In this document: one piece after another, positions 61,901-64,000 of the stretch
Numbering within the stretch: the first letter of the stretch is position 1
Layout of the letters: every line of letters begins with the position of its first letter
Assembly: GCF_964194155.1 (NCBI RefSeq)
Contig: NC_135898.1
Location: forward strand, 87,668,001-87,732,000
Reading direction: 5' to 3'
DNA length: 64,000 nucleotides
Source: Cetorhinus maximus
Taxonomy: Eukaryota
Position numbers and translations under genes: made by a program
The notes under the pieces: generated by a model
Told to the model about the DNA's origin: nothing
The model's input: the letters and a program-made list of their open reading frames with translations, nothing else
The model's database searches: none

Positions 61901-63603
61901 CGTTGTCACGCGAATATGGCCGGCTGTCAAAGTTCAAACCGTGAGCAATTACCCTCTTATTCCCATTTCACAAACTTCCAGATTCTGCCGGTGCACATTT
62001 TGTTTCCCAATTCATGTAAATCTGGATCTGTAGCAACTCAAGGCACTTAACTTCGGTTTGTCCCTAGCCCCCTACCCCCCACCCCCCACCCCCGGCCATA
62101 TGCAGAAGCCTGTTCTGATTTCCCCTTCATTTATTAAATATTCATTCCCGTGAATCCATAAATAGCGCGCTCACCAACAGATCCTCGCTATGGCATTATG
62201 ACTATGGACTGGCCTCCATACACCCATCTCAATGCCCTCACACAAAGAAAGAGCCTCGTTTACGCGCGATATAAGTATATAAATCTATCTTTATATGTCT
62301 ATGTGCGTGTCTGTTATGTGCTGTCCGTAGGTATGCATGTGCCCCAGGCTCCCACTTGCTGCCGTTGCAGTACTAAAACCAATAATAATTGCACCTTGTG
62401 ATAATCTTACACAAGTAAACGTCACTTTCGAACGTGAAACATTTTCGGAGAGAAATGACGAGAAGAAATACAATTGTAAGCCTTTTACAATTTCAAATTG
62501 TTTCTCTACAGTTTACTCATGTAGTGGTTAACCTGCATCTAGTAGGCAATAAAATACATAATTAGAAGGCCTCTCGAAATACCCTGTCTGCATATCAGCT
62601 TTGTAGCCCAAATGTGATTGACGTACGCATTTAATCTACCTGCCCTACTGCCCATCCAGTAACAGAGCTAGTCACACAATAACATTTTAACTTTGACAAG
62701 CATGCTCAGATGATTTCAGTTCTGTTTGAACCGTGTTCTAGGCATCCGCACCTTTTAAGTAAAACCTTCAATCCTTCTGCTAGTAGTTGCCATTTCCTAA
62801 TATTGCATGGCATCGCATTTGAGCTCAATGTGTGGTACACTGTCAAGTAACTAAACAATAGGCACCCTATTTAAAAAATGCAAATAAAACACAATTGCAC
62901 ATGATACCGTTAATTCCGCTTGATTTCTGTTCCACCGCCGGGAGTTGTGGCACACCATCTCTTGACTGAGTAACGCAGATTCCTCATATTGTTAGGGATC
63001 CCTACGGCATTTGCATGTATGCATGCTTTACCTGGCTCAAAGAGGTGAAGAGGAAAACAAAGAGAAACGCTACACCTGTCACACAACACGGCGCCACTGC
63101 CAAATGCTTGGATGCTACTGAGGCTCCGGCAGAAGACAGCTTGATAATCCCCATCCGCTCGCCATCAACAATATCTTGTTTAGATTAAAGCCTCCACTCT
63201 CTTCACAGCACTCCTACTCCAGACTGTTAGTGCAGACACCCAGCTTTTGTCTTTAAATGGAGAAATCGAGACACAAGCTATTTTTTCCATGATGCAATAC
63301 CTCGCCGGCGGACCACAACCTAATACATCCTAAAATAAACAAGGAAGGGAAACAAAAGAAATGCACCCCCTCCCCCTATAAGAATATATGTTTCGATCTA
63401 GAATGGTGCTGAACAGAGCTGAGTTTTATGGAATGACTTACACACAAATACTTTAGCAGGTAAGGGTATATTTTAAACAACTATCCAGTACAGAAAATAT
63501 ATGGATAATGTTTTAGTCATTAAGAGGGGGGGTGTTGGAATTGTAGGGTCTCCACCGTGATGTCAGGCTCTTGTTTACACAATTCACCCGATTTTCTACC
63601 TCT

Positions 63604-63605
<2 letters not shown>

Positions 63606-63635
<30 letters not shown>
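63606..63635. repeat. (CA)n microsatellite
   Basis: Perfect AC run. Others: (GT)n at ~10630-10653 and ATCT/ACCT repeats at ~37490-37590. Confidence 0.9.
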
Positions 63636-63639
<4 letters not shown>

Positions 63640-64000
63640 ACTTTTTAGTAAGCCAAGTTACATTGACGCAAAGAGGGGAATGATTGACTGCAGTCTAACT
63701 TCAGTTACCCCGTATCCATTCGGAATATAAACAGTATTGCTTTTCACTCCACAACATGTCTTTTGCAGTTATTGTGCGTGTTTTTTAACAAAAAAAATGA
63801 ATCATATTCATTTTGAAAGCATTTAAACAAGAAGCCTGTCCAAATTCAAATGGCACTTAAATGGGTATATAACTACAGCAATGACTTGTATTTATACAGC
63901 GTAGAGTACTAACTAGAGCGCAAGCTGTAATTCTGCCGCGCTATTTATGAATGAATTGTTGTGCTTAATAGAACAACGGTACTTACCTGGATTGCAAAAA

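Overview
Eukaryotic vertebrate genomic DNA, most likely a cartilaginous fish (shark), inferred from the repeat content (DeuSINE/SacSINE1-like SINEs, CR1 and L2 LINE fragments, Penelope-like elements). The window holds two two-exon NK-class homeobox genes in tandem on the minus strand. One is an NK4/tinman-family gene best matching nkx2-3 (CDS 55407-55083 + 53736-53114, 315 aa). About 41 kb downstream is an NK3/bagpipe-family gene best matching nkx3-3/zampogna (CDS 11990-11603 + 9924-9449, 287 aa). The intergenic region is repeat-rich, with a gapped (TG)-rich satellite block and a C-rich minisatellite; the gene flanks are repeat-poor with candidate regulatory DNA. The most notable non-genic observations are: (1) a Penelope-like GIY-YIG retroelement with inverted pseudo-LTRs, a 13-bp target-site duplication (TSD) and minimal hammerhead-ribozyme motifs, plus solo hammerhead-bearing copies; (2) a young ~145-bp tRNA-derived SINE present twice, each copy with a 14-bp TSD starting TTCA; (3) an apparent conversion tract between two inverted SINEs; (4) a G-quadruplex-type minisatellite that expanded inside a DeuSINE; (5) a good CTCF motif between the two genes. 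Most ORFs in the supplied track are non-coding artefacts. Family assignments are from recalled sequences, not database searches, and repeat boundaries without TSDs are approximate.
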